64,000 nt of DNA from Octopus vulgaris (GCA_951406725.2 OX597821.1:21452001-21516000), one strand, 5' to 3'. Positions 1 through 13,322 are shown, numbered from the stretch's first letter. A program made the numbers and translations. Notes: generated by a model not told the origin, from the letters alone.

Positions 1-631
1 TGATATGTTTTAAACATTGGAGGTTTAATGTCATAAAAAGAGGGGAGAATAGAGAATGAATGATGAGTGAATGAAAGATGGTGAAATGACAAAAACATAG
101 AGAATAATTATGAGCGATATAGTGAGAGAGATGTGTTAGCGGAGCGATGTGAGATCGAGAAAGAAATGAGAGAGTTTTGAAACCACAGCAACAATGAATT
201 ACCAGCGAGAAGAACAAAATGGTGGGTATCAGTAAAAAACAAAAGTAGACCAAAAAAACAGACAACTATATAAACTGTACTCGTCATCGTTCACTTGGTT
301 CTATTGATTTATATTTTACTTTCATTATATTATTTAATGGATGTTGTTTATGTTGATATTGTTATTGTTATTGTCGTTATTTTTGCTCTTAATGTTTTAT
401 TTTTATCGAGTCATAACAAAGAATTTCCGAAATATCGCTACTAGGACATTATGTATGATTGTACTTGTAAATGTAAACTTATACTCAAACATAGAATCAC
501 ACATAGAAATGCACTTGCGCATATATATATACACATATATACATACATATATATATGCATGTATGTATGTGTATATATAAATATATATATATGCATATAT
601 ATATATGTGTATATACATATGCATATATGTA

Positions 632-676
<45 letters not shown>

Positions 677-1339
677 TTATATACATGCTTGTATGCATAT
701 AAATCAACACATGTATACGTACATACTTTTAAACGTATGTATGTGTTAGAACTAATGTACCACCTTGCTTAACACCACAATCTGCTTCTCAGGTACCCTC
801 AGTAAAGTACTCTATATTTCAAATATTCGTAACCCACTTACTTCCGAGACTACGTTCCTCTTGCGAAAGCTGACTTACGGGCATTTTTCGAAATCCTTCG
901 AAGACATCCAGGAATATACGGAAACTATTTTATTCTCAACCTTTACGAACGACTCACGAATGGAGTTAATAAAATATAGCCGCACATTTATAACATATAA
1001 AGAAATAGGCAGACATCTGAATATAACCAGTGAAATATTGTGTCAGTAACGTAGCTTTCTTGGATTGTCACGTGATGTGACAAATGACGGAATGGAATAT
1101 ATTATGTAAATAAGCCATGGATCTGCCATTGCTGAAATAATACCTCATAGACTTTACAGAAAAGACTTACATAAATTCAAAGACTTACATACAGAAAACA
1201 AATCTTTAAAATCTGCCATCGAATTTTTGATCACTATAGTAACAAAGTCGATATTTTGGAAATAGCCAGAACTAGTAATTGTTTTTATGAAGGCATCATG
1301 GGTAATTAATATCTCGCTTTCGTACACATTTACGTTTTG

Positions 1340-1820
1340 GGCTTACGATTGTTAGGTCAGGTGTTCGATTCTAGGATTGGGCGGAACATTTTATACCCGA
1401 TCAATTTGCTACATAACACACTGTTAGAATCTACTTGGCTGAGAATGGATAAATGATTACCAGTCATATCAGCGTGAAAATTAACATATGTGACGAACTG
1501 GTATCCCATTCATAGGGCGGCGAGCTGGCAGAAACGTTAGCACGCCGGGCGAAATGCTTAGCAGTATTTTGTCTGCCGCTACGTTCTGAGTTCAAATTTT
1601 GCCGAGGTCATCCTTTCTGGGTCGATTAAATAAGTACCAGTTACGCACTGGGGTCAATAAAATCGACTTAATCCGTGTATCTGTCCTTGTTTGTCCTCCC
1701 TGTATTTAGCCCCCTGTGGGTAGTAAAGAAATAGGTATCCCATTCATGAGTGATTCTTGTACTCTAAGTCACTTAAATGACAAAGAACCAGCAACAGGTT
1801 CCAGCCCAAGGAGCCTTTAG
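1340..1820 (+). mobile_element. Old degenerate tRNA-derived SINE, interrupted by a family B SINE
   Basis: B-box-like GTGTTCGATTC near 1361. A SINE-core-like stretch (gacgaactggtatcccattca...gtactctaagtcacttaaatgacaaagaacc) continues on both sides of the 1516-1733 insertion. Confidence 0.4.
1516..1733 (+). mobile_element. tRNA-derived SINE, family B, full length with 14-bp TSD
   Basis: A-box TGGCAGAAACG, B-box GAGTTCAAATT. TSD ggtatcccattcat at 1500-1513 and 1734-1747. Closely similar copy on the minus strand at 11202-11431. Confidence 0.9.
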
Positions 1821-1920
1821 ATACGAGACACAAATGTAATTTTGATATATATGCATCTATGCACATCTGATTGAATATACAGACTCTCAAACACACATAT
1901 CCCGCTTTATACGTGTGTAC

Positions 1921-2118
1921 TCTTTATTCTTCTACTTGTTTCGGTCAGTTGACTGTAGCCAAGCTGGAGTACTGCCTTGAATGGCTTTAGTCGAACAAAT
2001 CGAATCCAGGACTTATGTTTTTTTAATGGCTAGTACAATAAGTAGCAGAGTACGGGGACACAAACACACTAACACCAATTGTCAAGCGGTGATGGGGGCA
2101 GTCAGAATCATACACACA

Positions 2119-2181
<63 letters not shown>

Positions 2182-2269
2182 GCGACGGACATATTTCCTT
2201 CTTACCAAATCCACTCACAAGACTTTGGTCAGCTAAAGGCTATAGAAGAAGACAATTGCCAAGGTGCCG
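1921..2269 (-). mobile_element. SINE family A, degenerate copy lacking the head
   Basis: Reverse complement of the core (taccaaatccactcacaa) and tail (acttgtttc..gactg) shared with the copies at 58066 and 62016; internal (CA)n(TA)n. Confidence 0.8.
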
Positions 2270-2978
2270 TCTACTATTTGAAGTACATTTGCTATGTTTC
2301 GGTAACGTATATGATGGTACCAGTAATAAACATGTGAATCCAATTCGGTAAGCTACCTATTTACTTTGCACATATATCGATCAATATCATCTCAAAGAAT
2401 ATGGATATCAGTCATTATGATTTGTAATGAAACATTATTTATATTGATTGTCGGGCAGCAGAAGCAGGAATTACTGCTGGAACCAATTAAAATGTATAAT
2501 GACGAGAGTAGTATTTAAGAATAACGCTGAAATTATGTCAACAAATTACGAAATGAAATCATATTGACCTAATAATGAAACATTGATTTCTGATCTAAGT
2601 ACTAGACTTCTAATTAAGGAGCCATATTGAATAGATTACAAGAATCTCTGTATGTTTATTGGTACATATGTTACCGAAATTCAGACTGGTGAAGAAAAAT
2701 AGATTTCGGCCGTTTCTCGTTTTTGCATGCTCCGAAGAGTAGTTTGAGCACAGTACATGATTTTGGCATAGAATATGATTTGCACCTAAAACGGGAATTG
2801 GGCTTAGAATATGATTTGGGATTGCCATATAATTTTAGCTTACGGCGAGATATTGAACCGAGTACGTGAGTTGAATTGAGGATGCAATTTGAGCTCCCAA
2901 CACGATTTGAGCACACGTATATACATACATACATAAATGTAAATGTATGCATGCATATGTATTTGCATGTATTTATGC

Positions 2979-3019
<41 letters not shown>

Positions 3020-3069
3020 CGTTTGTGTACGGGTGTATGCGTGCGTATGTATAACTATGTGTATATATT

Positions 3070-3303
3070 CAAGATAGTAGGTTGGATGCAGGGGGTTCGC
3101 AGCCCGTTCCCTGACCAGAGCCATCTGGACACAAGCTGGAGGAGGGTGTATGATGTTGAAAGACTCGAAACAGTCGATGATACCAGGCACATCACTGAAA
3201 ATGTGTCCAGATGTATGTACACAACGAAACCGGTCGCTAATAAATAAATGCAGTTAATTCAAGAGTGAGGAGATACAACACCTGGGGATAACAATAATTG
3301 TTA
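3070..3303 (+). mobile_element. Probable Penelope-like 3' relic with degenerate hammerhead motifs
   Basis: GC-richer island between TA/CA microsatellites. CTGAAAA...GAAACCGGTC (3195-3235) followed by AATAAA; second GAAACAGTC at 3167-3175. Confidence 0.5.
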
Positions 3304-3370
<67 letters not shown>

Positions 3371-4142
3371 AAATATAAAAGAACGATATCATTTCGAAAA
3401 ATAATAACGTTGGTGGCCGCGAGAGTAAAGGCGTATTGGCAAATTGATAATTATATATAAATATACTATGGTACTACATAAGCACTTGCTTCGCTAACAA
3501 TAGAAGTCAAGATAATTCTAAACCACAGAAGAATCACTAAATCTATACAGGCATGATAGGGAAAAAATAGTGAAAAAGGATAGCATCTTACCTCCGCCAA
3601 GGATGGAGGAGGAATGCTGGATAATTTGATATCACGACTTCGAATTTAGCACCAAAGGCTCCTTAATCTTCTCAGTCAAATCTTCCAGGCACAACTAATA
3701 GAAATCACTAGTATCATGCTTCGGAATTCATTCGAGTGGTCGAACACCATTGAAACAAACGATTTGTTGAAATTATTTATAAAAAATATAAAATAACGAT
3801 ATCACTTCTAAAATTAATAACGTACAATTTTGCCGCGGACAGTAATAGGGACAGCTATGTGACAGAGCCAGCTATACGGACAATTATATATGATCAAAAT
3901 TAGGTGCAGTGAAAATCTTGGCAGAATATCGGGATTAGTAATATATGTCAGGATGTAAATAAATGACGTGCTAAATAAGATGTCTATAAATCATATTATT
4001 ACTAGTAGATAAATGCATGAGAAACCGTTTGATTGTACGTGTCAAAAGCATGAATTCTATCAATGCTTAATGTTTATAGGCAGTAGAGTAATATATCAGT
4101 GTAGATGACCAAATAATGTCAATGTGAAGACATGTGATAGCA

Positions 4143-4395
4143 CAGGCGCTTGCTTCCCAACAACATGTTTCCCGATTGAGTCCCCCTGCGTGGCCAAGTG
4201 CCTTCTACTATAGCCTTGGTCCGGCCAAAGCCTTGTGAGTGGATTTGGTAGACGGAAACTTAACGAAGCTTATCGTATATGTGTGTGTGAGTTTTTGCGT
4301 TTTTGTGCCTGTCTTTGTCCTTACCTACACCGCTTAACATGATGTGTTTACGTCCCCATAACTTACCAGTTCTGCAAAACAGAGGGTTAGAACAA
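4143..4395 (+). mobile_element. SINE family A, degenerate
   Basis: Core ccaaagccttgtgagtggatttggtagacggaaact matches other family A copies. Confidence 0.8.
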
Positions 4396-4454
4396 CAATA
4401 ACACAGTGCCAAATTCTTTCTCATTTTATTAAAATTTAGTCTTTCTGACAGAAG

Positions 4455-5295
4455 TGGGAGTCGATTACATCGTATTTTGCAGGTGTTTTATTTTATCGAC
4501 GCCGAAAGTAAGAAAGACAAAGTTAACTTTGGAAGAATTTCAAGTCCAAAGTCAATGATTCGAAAGAAATGCCATTCAGTATTTTGTCCTATGAGCTAAC
4601 AATTCTGCCAGTTAGCTGCATAAGATGGTGCCACGTTACTGAAATGTGTCGAAATCTAGATTTAGGGACAGAGCAATCACAGATTCAGCGAAACGATTAT
4701 GAATGGTTACGAATAGGAAACGAATAGATATGAACGTATCATCTTCAAATTAAAAGCAAAAAAAAAAAAAAATGAACCCCGGAAAGATGAAAGGCAAATT
4801 TAATTTTGGAAGAATTTCAACTCCCAGCGTAATGATTCGGAAGAAACACCGCTCAATATTGTATCATATGAAGTAACTATTCCACAAAGTAGCTACTTAA
4901 AGGCGTTGCTTAGTTGCTGAAATGTTTCGAAGAGCGGATTTTTAGACAGAGTAACCAAAGATTGAGCGCAGCGACTTACAAATGGTCGGGAGTAAGTTAC
5001 AGTGAATAATTATGAATATATGATCTTAAGATTAACAAAAAATGAACATCCAAAAAGATGAAAGACAGAGTTAACCACGGAAGAATTTGAACTCGTAACA
5101 TAGTGATTTAAGAGAAATGCCGGTCCTAACGATGCTACGGCATAGCTTAGAATGCTGAAATGTGTCGATTTTTGGACAGAGTTACCAAAGGCTGAGGGTA
5201 ACGGTTATGAATTGTCAGGAATAAGAAACAACGAATGGTTACCAAAGTATTATCTTGGCATTAACAAAAAAAATAATAATAACAAAGAAAAATGA
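4455..5295. repeat. Three diverged tandem units of about 270 bp, each containing a family B SINE fragment
   Basis: Units start near 4505, 4782 and 5053. Each has aaga..aaag.ca.a.tt.....ggaagaattt, then ctgaaatgt.tcga, gacagag, and ends in A-rich...aatgaa. Confidence 0.8.
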
Positions 5296-5371
5296 AAGAA
5301 GTACTTTTAGAATATCACTTTTACTTTCTAGTTTTATGTTCAAAATTCAGCCATTAATAATATGCAACGCG

Positions 5372-5411
5372 CTACAACAACAACAACTACTACTAATACT
5401 ACTACAACCAG

Positions 5412-5458
<47 letters not shown>

Positions 5459-5490
5459 TAACTACTAATACTACTACTGCCAATAATAAC

Positions 5491-5543
<53 letters not shown>

Positions 5544-5553
5544 TAATAATAAC
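5372..5553. repeat. Compound (ACT)n/(AAT)n microsatellite
   Basis: Direct reading. Confidence 0.95.
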
Positions 5554-5784
5554 ATTAAAAAAGAAAGCAAGAGAGAGTTGAGGAGATGAGAGGAAGCACT
5601 TAAGATCTAAGATGTTACAGTTTTACAAAAAACATCATTAAAAATATATTTTTAGAATTTTCAAAAACTCTCATGATTAAAATCAATGCTGATTACTGTA
5701 TTTTAAACATCTGTTATTGATGGCTTTGGGATCCCACAGGATATCAGCATGTAAAAGAAATTTACAAAAGATCGACGTTTACAA

Positions 5785-5850
<66 letters not shown>

Positions 5851-5893
5851 ATGTATATGTATATGTGTGTGTGTGACTGTGTGTGTGTACGTG

Positions 5894-5925
<32 letters not shown>

Positions 5926-6038
5926 CATATATTTGCACATATATAGATAGACATACATATGTATTATTGCTGCACTGCCCAAGTTAAAACATACTGGCTC
6001 ACTTTGTGTGTGTTATTGTTGTTGTTGTTGTGTGTGTG

Positions 6039-6081
<43 letters not shown>

Positions 6082-6240
6082 ATCTATATATATGTGTTTG
6101 TATATATATATATATTATACACATATGTATATAGAATGCAATTACTGATTTTGCTAGCGGTTGAAGTTTAAAGGCGACAAACACGAGGATGCAATAATGC
6201 ATAAACACAAACACATGAAGCACACTAACACAAATACATA

Positions 6241-6298
<58 letters not shown>

Positions 6299-6559
6299 TA
6301 CATCTACATATATACGTATGTGTGTGTATGTGTATTAACTCGTGCATGTATATTTTCAATTGCATTTATGCCTTTTAACAAAATAGATTACGCATATCTT
6401 TATTTGGAGACGAATTTCGTAATATCGCTATACAAAATTTATCGTTACCATTTCCCCTAACAACTGTGGACGCCTGCAACGTTGAGCAGTGTTTCTTAGA
6501 AGCTTTATACTACTCACAAACGCAAGCATATTCACAAACATACAGAAGCACACGCACAC

Positions 6560-6669
<110 letters not shown>

Positions 6670-6875
6670 ATTTCGGGACGGTCATTTATATTTTTGCCAA
6701 ATAAACAGACGCACTCGTTTACTACTGTTTGTATTCTAACTCTTGTTCAGTGTCAGAAAATATTTCGACACACATCTGTGACCTCCTCAGCGACACTTTC
6801 CGTCTCCGAGCGTGCTCTTACTCTGCTAATTCCATTCTATTCTTAAATACTCAGACACACATAGATGTACATATG

Positions 6876-7191
6876 ACTGGCACTCTGTCGGTTACGACCT
6901 CGAGGCCCCCATTTGATCCAATCAAAGGAACATCCTACTCCTGAACTTAACGTATTAGTGAACCAGCACTCCACAGACACGTGTAAAATTAATCTTAGTT
7001 CAGAGGAAGGTTCGCGTGACACAGTATATTACAAAGCTGGCTCTTTTAAATACATAAACATTAGATATTTACCAGCTGAGTGGACGGGGAATAAAATGCC
7101 TTCCTCAATAGCACAAAGCGTCGCCTGGTATAGAAATCATGACGTTTCGATTTTGACCTGGATACCCAAATCAATAGGCCAGGTGGCTTCA
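6876..7191 (-). mobile_element. Old tRNA-derived SINE (type D) sharing its tail with the family C copy at 28109
   Basis: ggcactctgtcggttacgac...agcactccacagacacgtgta...gcgtgacacag aligns with 28119-28290, but the central region (ccagctgagtggac) differs. Confidence 0.7.
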
Positions 7192-7374
7192 CTATATGTA
7201 CCCTTTAGAGCAGATCAAATGTTTGACGAATCGTCCCTGCGGTTTTCCACGTAGAAAAATTCTCCCTTTTAGAAGAGGCTGTTAAAACACCTCAAAGTCA
7301 TAGAAAGTCCCAACTATAACTTTTAGGTGTTTTAACACCTAATGTTATGAGGGAGTCGTAGATATATATATATG

Positions 7375-7405
<31 letters not shown>

Positions 7406-7593
7406 CTAAGTATGTATATATGTATATATGTAGATATGTATATATATGAATGTATGTATGCATGTATGTATGTATGTATATGCGCCACTGTGTGTCACAA
7501 TGCATCAGTGTGTGCTCTGTACACAAACAAAGACATTCGAGTATCTATCACCTTTAAAAGATATAACTACTTCTATACAACTAAATTAGATGC

Positions 7594-7632
<39 letters not shown>

Positions 7633-7777
7633 GTGTGTGTGTGTGTGTGTGTGTATATAGAGAGAGAGATGGAGAGAAAGACAGAGAGAGACAGAGGAAG
7701 TGAGAGAGATATAAATAGATAGATATAGACTTACATTTACATATGTATATGTATTGGTATATGAACTTATGTACATT

Positions 7778-7823
<46 letters not shown>

Positions 7824-7890
7824 TGTAAATACCTCATAAATATTTCGGTTAATGATTCTTGTTATGACTCGATTATGGATAATATGAAAC

Positions 7891-7980
<90 letters not shown>

Positions 7981-8713
7981 GTAAAGGAGGGGTAAAAATT
8001 GCAGGTGAACAAAATATAGGGAAGAGAAGCAGCTGAAGAGGATTGATTGATGGAATTCAAAATGAAGCAGAACCATTAATAAAAAACCTAGGCATGTGAG
8101 TCCCGCACACAACTGAGCTTCCGGTTAACGGAGAAGGTATTGTCATAGTAACATTGGGGGAAGATTGAAAAAACATAACAAGTTCGTCCTTCTCCAATGT
8201 ATGCTATTGATGCATCTTTTCGACTTGACGCACGTTAACCATTTTTCTTCGGTCGGATATTTGGTAAACTTCCGGTAACAAAAAACAAAGGGGAAGCGAT
8301 TAATATATATATATACATACATACATATACACATATATATATATATATAAGAAAAAAATATATATATGTATATATATATATAGCTACCTTTATATATGCG
8401 TATCTATAAATATGTATATATATATATATATATATAACGCTTGGAAATTTGAAAATATTTATTTAAAAAAGGATAATTCAAAAACCTATCTTTTGCTTTT
8501 TGTTTAATATTGTCATTACTATTTTTGTTACTGTTATCATTATTGGTCTATATATATGTCTCTGCGTGTGTGTGTATACACGGACAAATATATATGTATA
8601 TACATATATATATTTCTGTATGTATGTACATATGTACATAGGTATGAATATATATATATGTATGCATGTATATATGTTTATATATACATACATATATATA
8701 TATATATATATAC

Positions 8714-8768
<55 letters not shown>

Positions 8769-8958
8769 GCTTACACACATACAAATATTGCAAAAACACA
8801 TAAAAATTCATATATTAACGACTTTCTATCAACAGTTATAATGTTGCTTTTGTACGTACAACAATGACTGACATTAACTCGTGGTATATATATACATATA
8901 TATATATATGTGTGTACCTAAATACATACATATATATATATATGTATACATATCTATG

Positions 8959-8997
<39 letters not shown>

Positions 8998-9199
8998 TTG
9001 GTTCTTTAGGGCGGTCTCTATTCTTTCCCTATTTCGAATGCTATCCAACTTTATTATATAATTCACTGATTATTATTACTATGTTTTTGCAGGTTTTTAT
9101 TGTTGCCTTTTTTTATTTTCATTACTCATTCTATTCGTGATTTCAAAAGAAACTAATAAGACGTGGCATTTCATCTGTCGTCTGTCTACAATATATACA

Positions 9200-9246
9200 T
9201 TTTGCTGCTTTCCTTTTGCATCATTTTGTGTTTCTTTCAGGTATGT
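9200..9246 (+). promoter_or_regulatory. Candidate juxtaposed splice acceptor/donor (polypyrimidine-CAG|GTATGT)
   Basis: About 40 nt pyrimidine-rich tract ending tttctttcag at 9240, immediately followed by gtatgt. Confidence 0.4.
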
Positions 9247-10075
9247 TGTCTGCTAAAAATATATTGCAGTAAATATTGTAGAATTATTCATTTACTTGTT
9301 ATTTTTTGTTGGAGAAGACGACTTTTCCTACATCTTATTGATTGCTCCATTGACATTTATATATACCTTGCTTTATTGTTATTATTATTAATGTTATTAA
9401 TATTATTATGATTATTATGAAATGAGGAATCGTATTGTTTGTAGAATGAATTTCTGTAGAGTAAATACACGCATGGGCGTACTATTGGGTGTAAGATTGA
9501 TGAATAATATATTCATTCTGTTAGTCTGCATATGCATAAAAGCGACGTCTAACTTAACTTAACAATTTCCTTGGGACTGGTTGCATACATCCGACCTATG
9601 ATATCCTGCACAAAGCCATATGAATACAGCTATTATGTAACTTATTGGTGTCTTGAAACAGCTGTCGAGATAAGACTTTACATAACTCTTCTATTTTGAT
9701 TCACTTTTCTTTAGTTTGTATTCTGTATTTGGTACTCCCTATGTTTATATACCTTAAAAACTCCATAACAGCTCGATAAAGTTTGCTCTGTATAGCTGTT
9801 TTTGTACGCCGATGGTTCGATCCTGGTTGACTAAGTTGGAATTTACCTTCCCATCCATTTGGGCATTATTCTCTGTTATCTATACTAAGCCTATTCTGCT
9901 CTCACATACTCATTATATACGTAGATACATAGCATGCGTGTGTGTGTGTATGCGTTCATCATTTCACTTGAAGGAAAATGTCTTTCCGTCATAAAAAAAA
10001 AAACGTGTCTGAAACACGTGTAGTGAACCTCAACCCGTTTGTGTTCTTTCTTTATCCAAACACACAGAAATATAC

Positions 10076-10130
<55 letters not shown>

Positions 10131-10135
10131 TACAT

Positions 10136-10689
10136 AATACAGAGAAATTCCTCTCAGTGAACACATAGAAAAATGTGCAGGTAACATCAAACCAAATTTC
10201 ACAGTCTTCTCTTTCTACCAGTGCAAAGACGCAACCTCTCAACTAGAACGTTTAAATAAAGAAACTCTTTTCATTGAAGAATACAAAACACGTCTTAATA
10301 TGCACGCATAACCAACTTTTATATTTTTACATATTACATTCAGGATTACATCACTGTACATAAATCCCCTACTAAACAAGGTTTTTTTAAAACCTGTCTC
10401 CTTCCTGTACACATATTTAATCCCAACCCATTACCGAAAGCTGAACAGTTATCTCCCTTACACACAACTATAACAATAATAACAACCAATTACCTACCTT
10501 TATTTGTCTACGTTTGAAGTCATTCACTCGTGAATTTCATCACACACAACATGGACCAAATTTCTTCTTAAGAAAAAATATATATTCAAAAAAATAAAAC
10601 AATATCATGAATAGCGATAGCGAAACCGGTCGATATATTAAAAATTATATTAAAACTATGTAAGTGTGCATATTTTCCTTTTTTAATTT

Positions 10690-10692
<3 letters not shown>
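10136..10692 (+). mobile_element. 5'-truncated Penelope-like element in a (TA)n tract
   Basis: GIY-YIG C-terminus, then a 3' region with a degenerate hammerhead motif (10602-10636); TA microsatellite on both sides. Confidence 0.75.
10138..10311 (+). pseudogene. C-terminus of a Penelope-like GIY-YIG endonuclease ORF (5'-truncated)
   Basis: Translates YREIPLSEHIEKCAGNIKPNFTVFSFYQCKDATSQLERLNKETLFIEEYKTRLNMHA*, matching the PLE endonuclease ending (SEH..C, F..F.FY, R..KE..FI......LN). Confidence 0.8.
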
Positions 10693-10725
<33 letters not shown>

Positions 10726-10739
10726 CATACATATATATA

Positions 10740-10782
<43 letters not shown>

Positions 10783-11201
10783 GAATGCGTGTGTGTATGC
10801 ATAAATGTAGGAATGAATTTATGTATTTATGCGTTTATATGAGAATAAGGAAAATAGTTGTGTGTACGTTTTTCTATGTTTCCCTGTAAGCACAAGTTTT
10901 ATTGAACATGTACTTTTGAGTCTCACCATTATATTATACATATTGATAAGGGAACCACTTTTAATGAATTCTGACCGTTTATTTATAAAACAGAATATTC
11001 TTAAATAAATTGATATGCATAAAAACAGTGAAGTGAATTATATACTACTTCAGGTTAAACCTTTGTACACTGTTAGCATAATGATTCTGAATATCGCTAA
11101 AAGATTTTAAAGTCGTTTATAATGGATAATATCGGCATTCAATTTATATTCTATCGAAAGTGACCATAGGAAGGGCCATAGATTCCCAAATTAGATAATG
11201 T

Positions 11202-11431
11202 ATTTATTTATTACCCACAAGGGGCTAAACATAGAGGGGACAAACAAGGACAGACATAGGTATTAAGTCGATTACATCGACCCCAGTGCGTTACTGGTAC
11301 TTAATTTATCGACCCCGAAAGGATGAAAGGCAAAGTCGACCTCGGCGGAATTTGAACTCACAACGTATCGACAGACGAAATACCGCTAAGCATTTCGCCC
11401 GGCGTGCCAACGTTTCTGCCAGCTCGCCGCC
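11202..11431 (-). mobile_element. SINE family B, full length with 12-bp TSD
   Basis: Reverse complement of 1516-1733. TSD attagataatgt at 11190-11201 and 11438-11449. Confidence 0.92.
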
Positions 11432-11454
11432 TTCATTATTAGATAATGTGTATA

Positions 11455-11670
11455 ACTTTAACTGTTTAACTTTTAGGCAGTAGACTGCGCCAATGCTGCG
11501 GCAACAACTTGAAGGGCTTAGTTGAACAAACTGGCCTTATTACGTCTGGTACTTATTCTATTGGTCAATTTTGGTCTCTTTTGCTATACTGCAAAGTTAC
11601 AGAGACGATGGCAAAGTACTAACGGCTGCTGTCAATCTACAGAGTGCAAACACAAACACAAAAGACACAT
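11455..11670 (-). mobile_element. Old SINE family A 3' half
   Basis: gactgcg..aatgctg and ggtacttattctat...ctcttttgc match the reverse complement of the family A tail. Confidence 0.6.
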
Positions 11671-11672
11671 AG

Positions 11673-11748
<76 letters not shown>

Positions 11749-11840
11749 ACACATATACATATATATACTTTCATACACATACATATGAGTATGCATATAA
11801 ATGTATATATAAGCATATACTTATACACACAAATGAATAA

Positions 11841-12420
11841 GGCGTAGGCCTGGCTGTGTTTTGAAGTTTGCTTCCCAAGCACATGGCACTACGTTCAGTC
11901 CCACAGGGTAGCGACTTTGTTGAGTGTCTTGTTGTCTACACTAGGACCAACGAAAGCCTTGTTAAATTATATGGTTGTCGGAAACTGAAAGATCACTGTG
12001 TGCGCTCGCTGTCATTTGTGTGTTCGTGTGTGAGTGTATGTGTATGTGACTGTATGTGTGCGTGTGCATGCATGTGCGCGTGTGCATGTGTGTGCTTGTG
12101 TGCATGCATGTATATGTGTACAGATGTGTTTTATGTGTACGTATATGTGTGTGCTTGTGTGCATGCATGTATATGTGTACAGATGTGTTTGATGTGTACG
12201 TATATTTGTGTGATTGGTTGTCTTTGTTCACCACCAATTCACAACTAGTTTTGGTTTGTTTACCACTGAGTGGTATGGCGGATTGGCGCAAGAGACCAAT
12301 AAAATAAGCACTAACTTGTACAAAATGTCCTGGTCTAGATTCGGTGGAGTAAAATTCTTCATGTTCATGCACCAGTATGGCCGCACTCTCGAGACTGAAA
12401 CATATAACAAGATACAAATA
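11841..12420 (+). mobile_element. Old SINE family A with expanded internal TG-rich repeat
   Basis: Head ggcgtaggcctggctgtgt..gttcagtccca, tail ccagtatggccgca..gactgaaac; internal duplication of about 59 bp. Confidence 0.7.
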
Positions 12421-12991
12421 AAAAAAGAGGGATCTGTATATGTATGTATATGACGGATTTCTTTCATTTTACGTCCACCAAAATCCACGCTTATGTTTAA
12501 GAAGGATATTTCTTAACCATACATTCATATCTGTACCTCTTTAATGAATTTAATTACATTAAATCCATTACTGCAACCGATCAGTGTCCCGTACAGCGGG
12601 GCTAAAATATACACCACAGAATCCTGGAAACTGGAATTATGGCATAAACATTAGCGCAGACATGTAAAATGATTTTCTATAGACTAGAATAAATTCTTCT
12701 TCCATCATTTTGCCTGCGAAACGATCGTAATCTTATGGATAAGAACTGATGACATAAATGTATAAATATATTCATCTCATACCAAATTACGTTCTTTATA
12801 TACAACATATATATGTGCGTATAGATAGATAGGTAGATAGTTAGATAGATAGATAGACAGGTACGTAGGTAGATAGGTAGGTAGGTAGGTAGGTAGATCG
12901 ATATAGCGTTATATACAATATATATTAATATATATACATTTGTATATACAAACACGCACACACATATATGCATACAAATATATATGTATAC

Positions 12992-13105
<114 letters not shown>

Positions 13106-13119
13106 AATATATATATACA

Positions 13120-13318
13120 TTCAAAATGTGACCGTGTGTGTATTTTCCCCCGTTTTCCCTTCTGTGGATCTTTCCTTTTCCTATGTTTCTGACGAAGAGC
13201 TCCAGTCGAAACGTTAAACCCTCCTTCTTTCCTTTCTTCCTGAGCGTCCAATAATACTATATTTGTTCCACGTCCTCGCGTTGTTGTGTTTTCTCTTTGT
13301 GTTTTCATGTTTGGATTA

Positions 13319-13322
<4 letters not shown>
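13120..13322 (+). mobile_element. Penelope-like 3'-end relic in a (TA)n tract
   Basis: Unique island flanked by TA repeats; carries a minimal hammerhead motif. Confidence 0.6.
13185..13219 (+). ncRNA. Minimal type I hammerhead ribozyme motif
   Basis: gttt-CTGACGA-agagctccagtc-GAAACGTT-aaac. Intact core, 4-bp stem I (gttt/aaac), palindromic AACGTT helix III; stem II imperfect. Confidence 0.6.

Noticed and set aside
765-1049. 94-aa ORF; FSTFTNDSR resembles the RT FADD motif
   Set aside because: A single weak motif with no supporting neighbours.
4455-5295. CRISPR-like array
   Set aside because: Units are long and fully homologous with no unique spacers; eukaryotic context and no cas genes.
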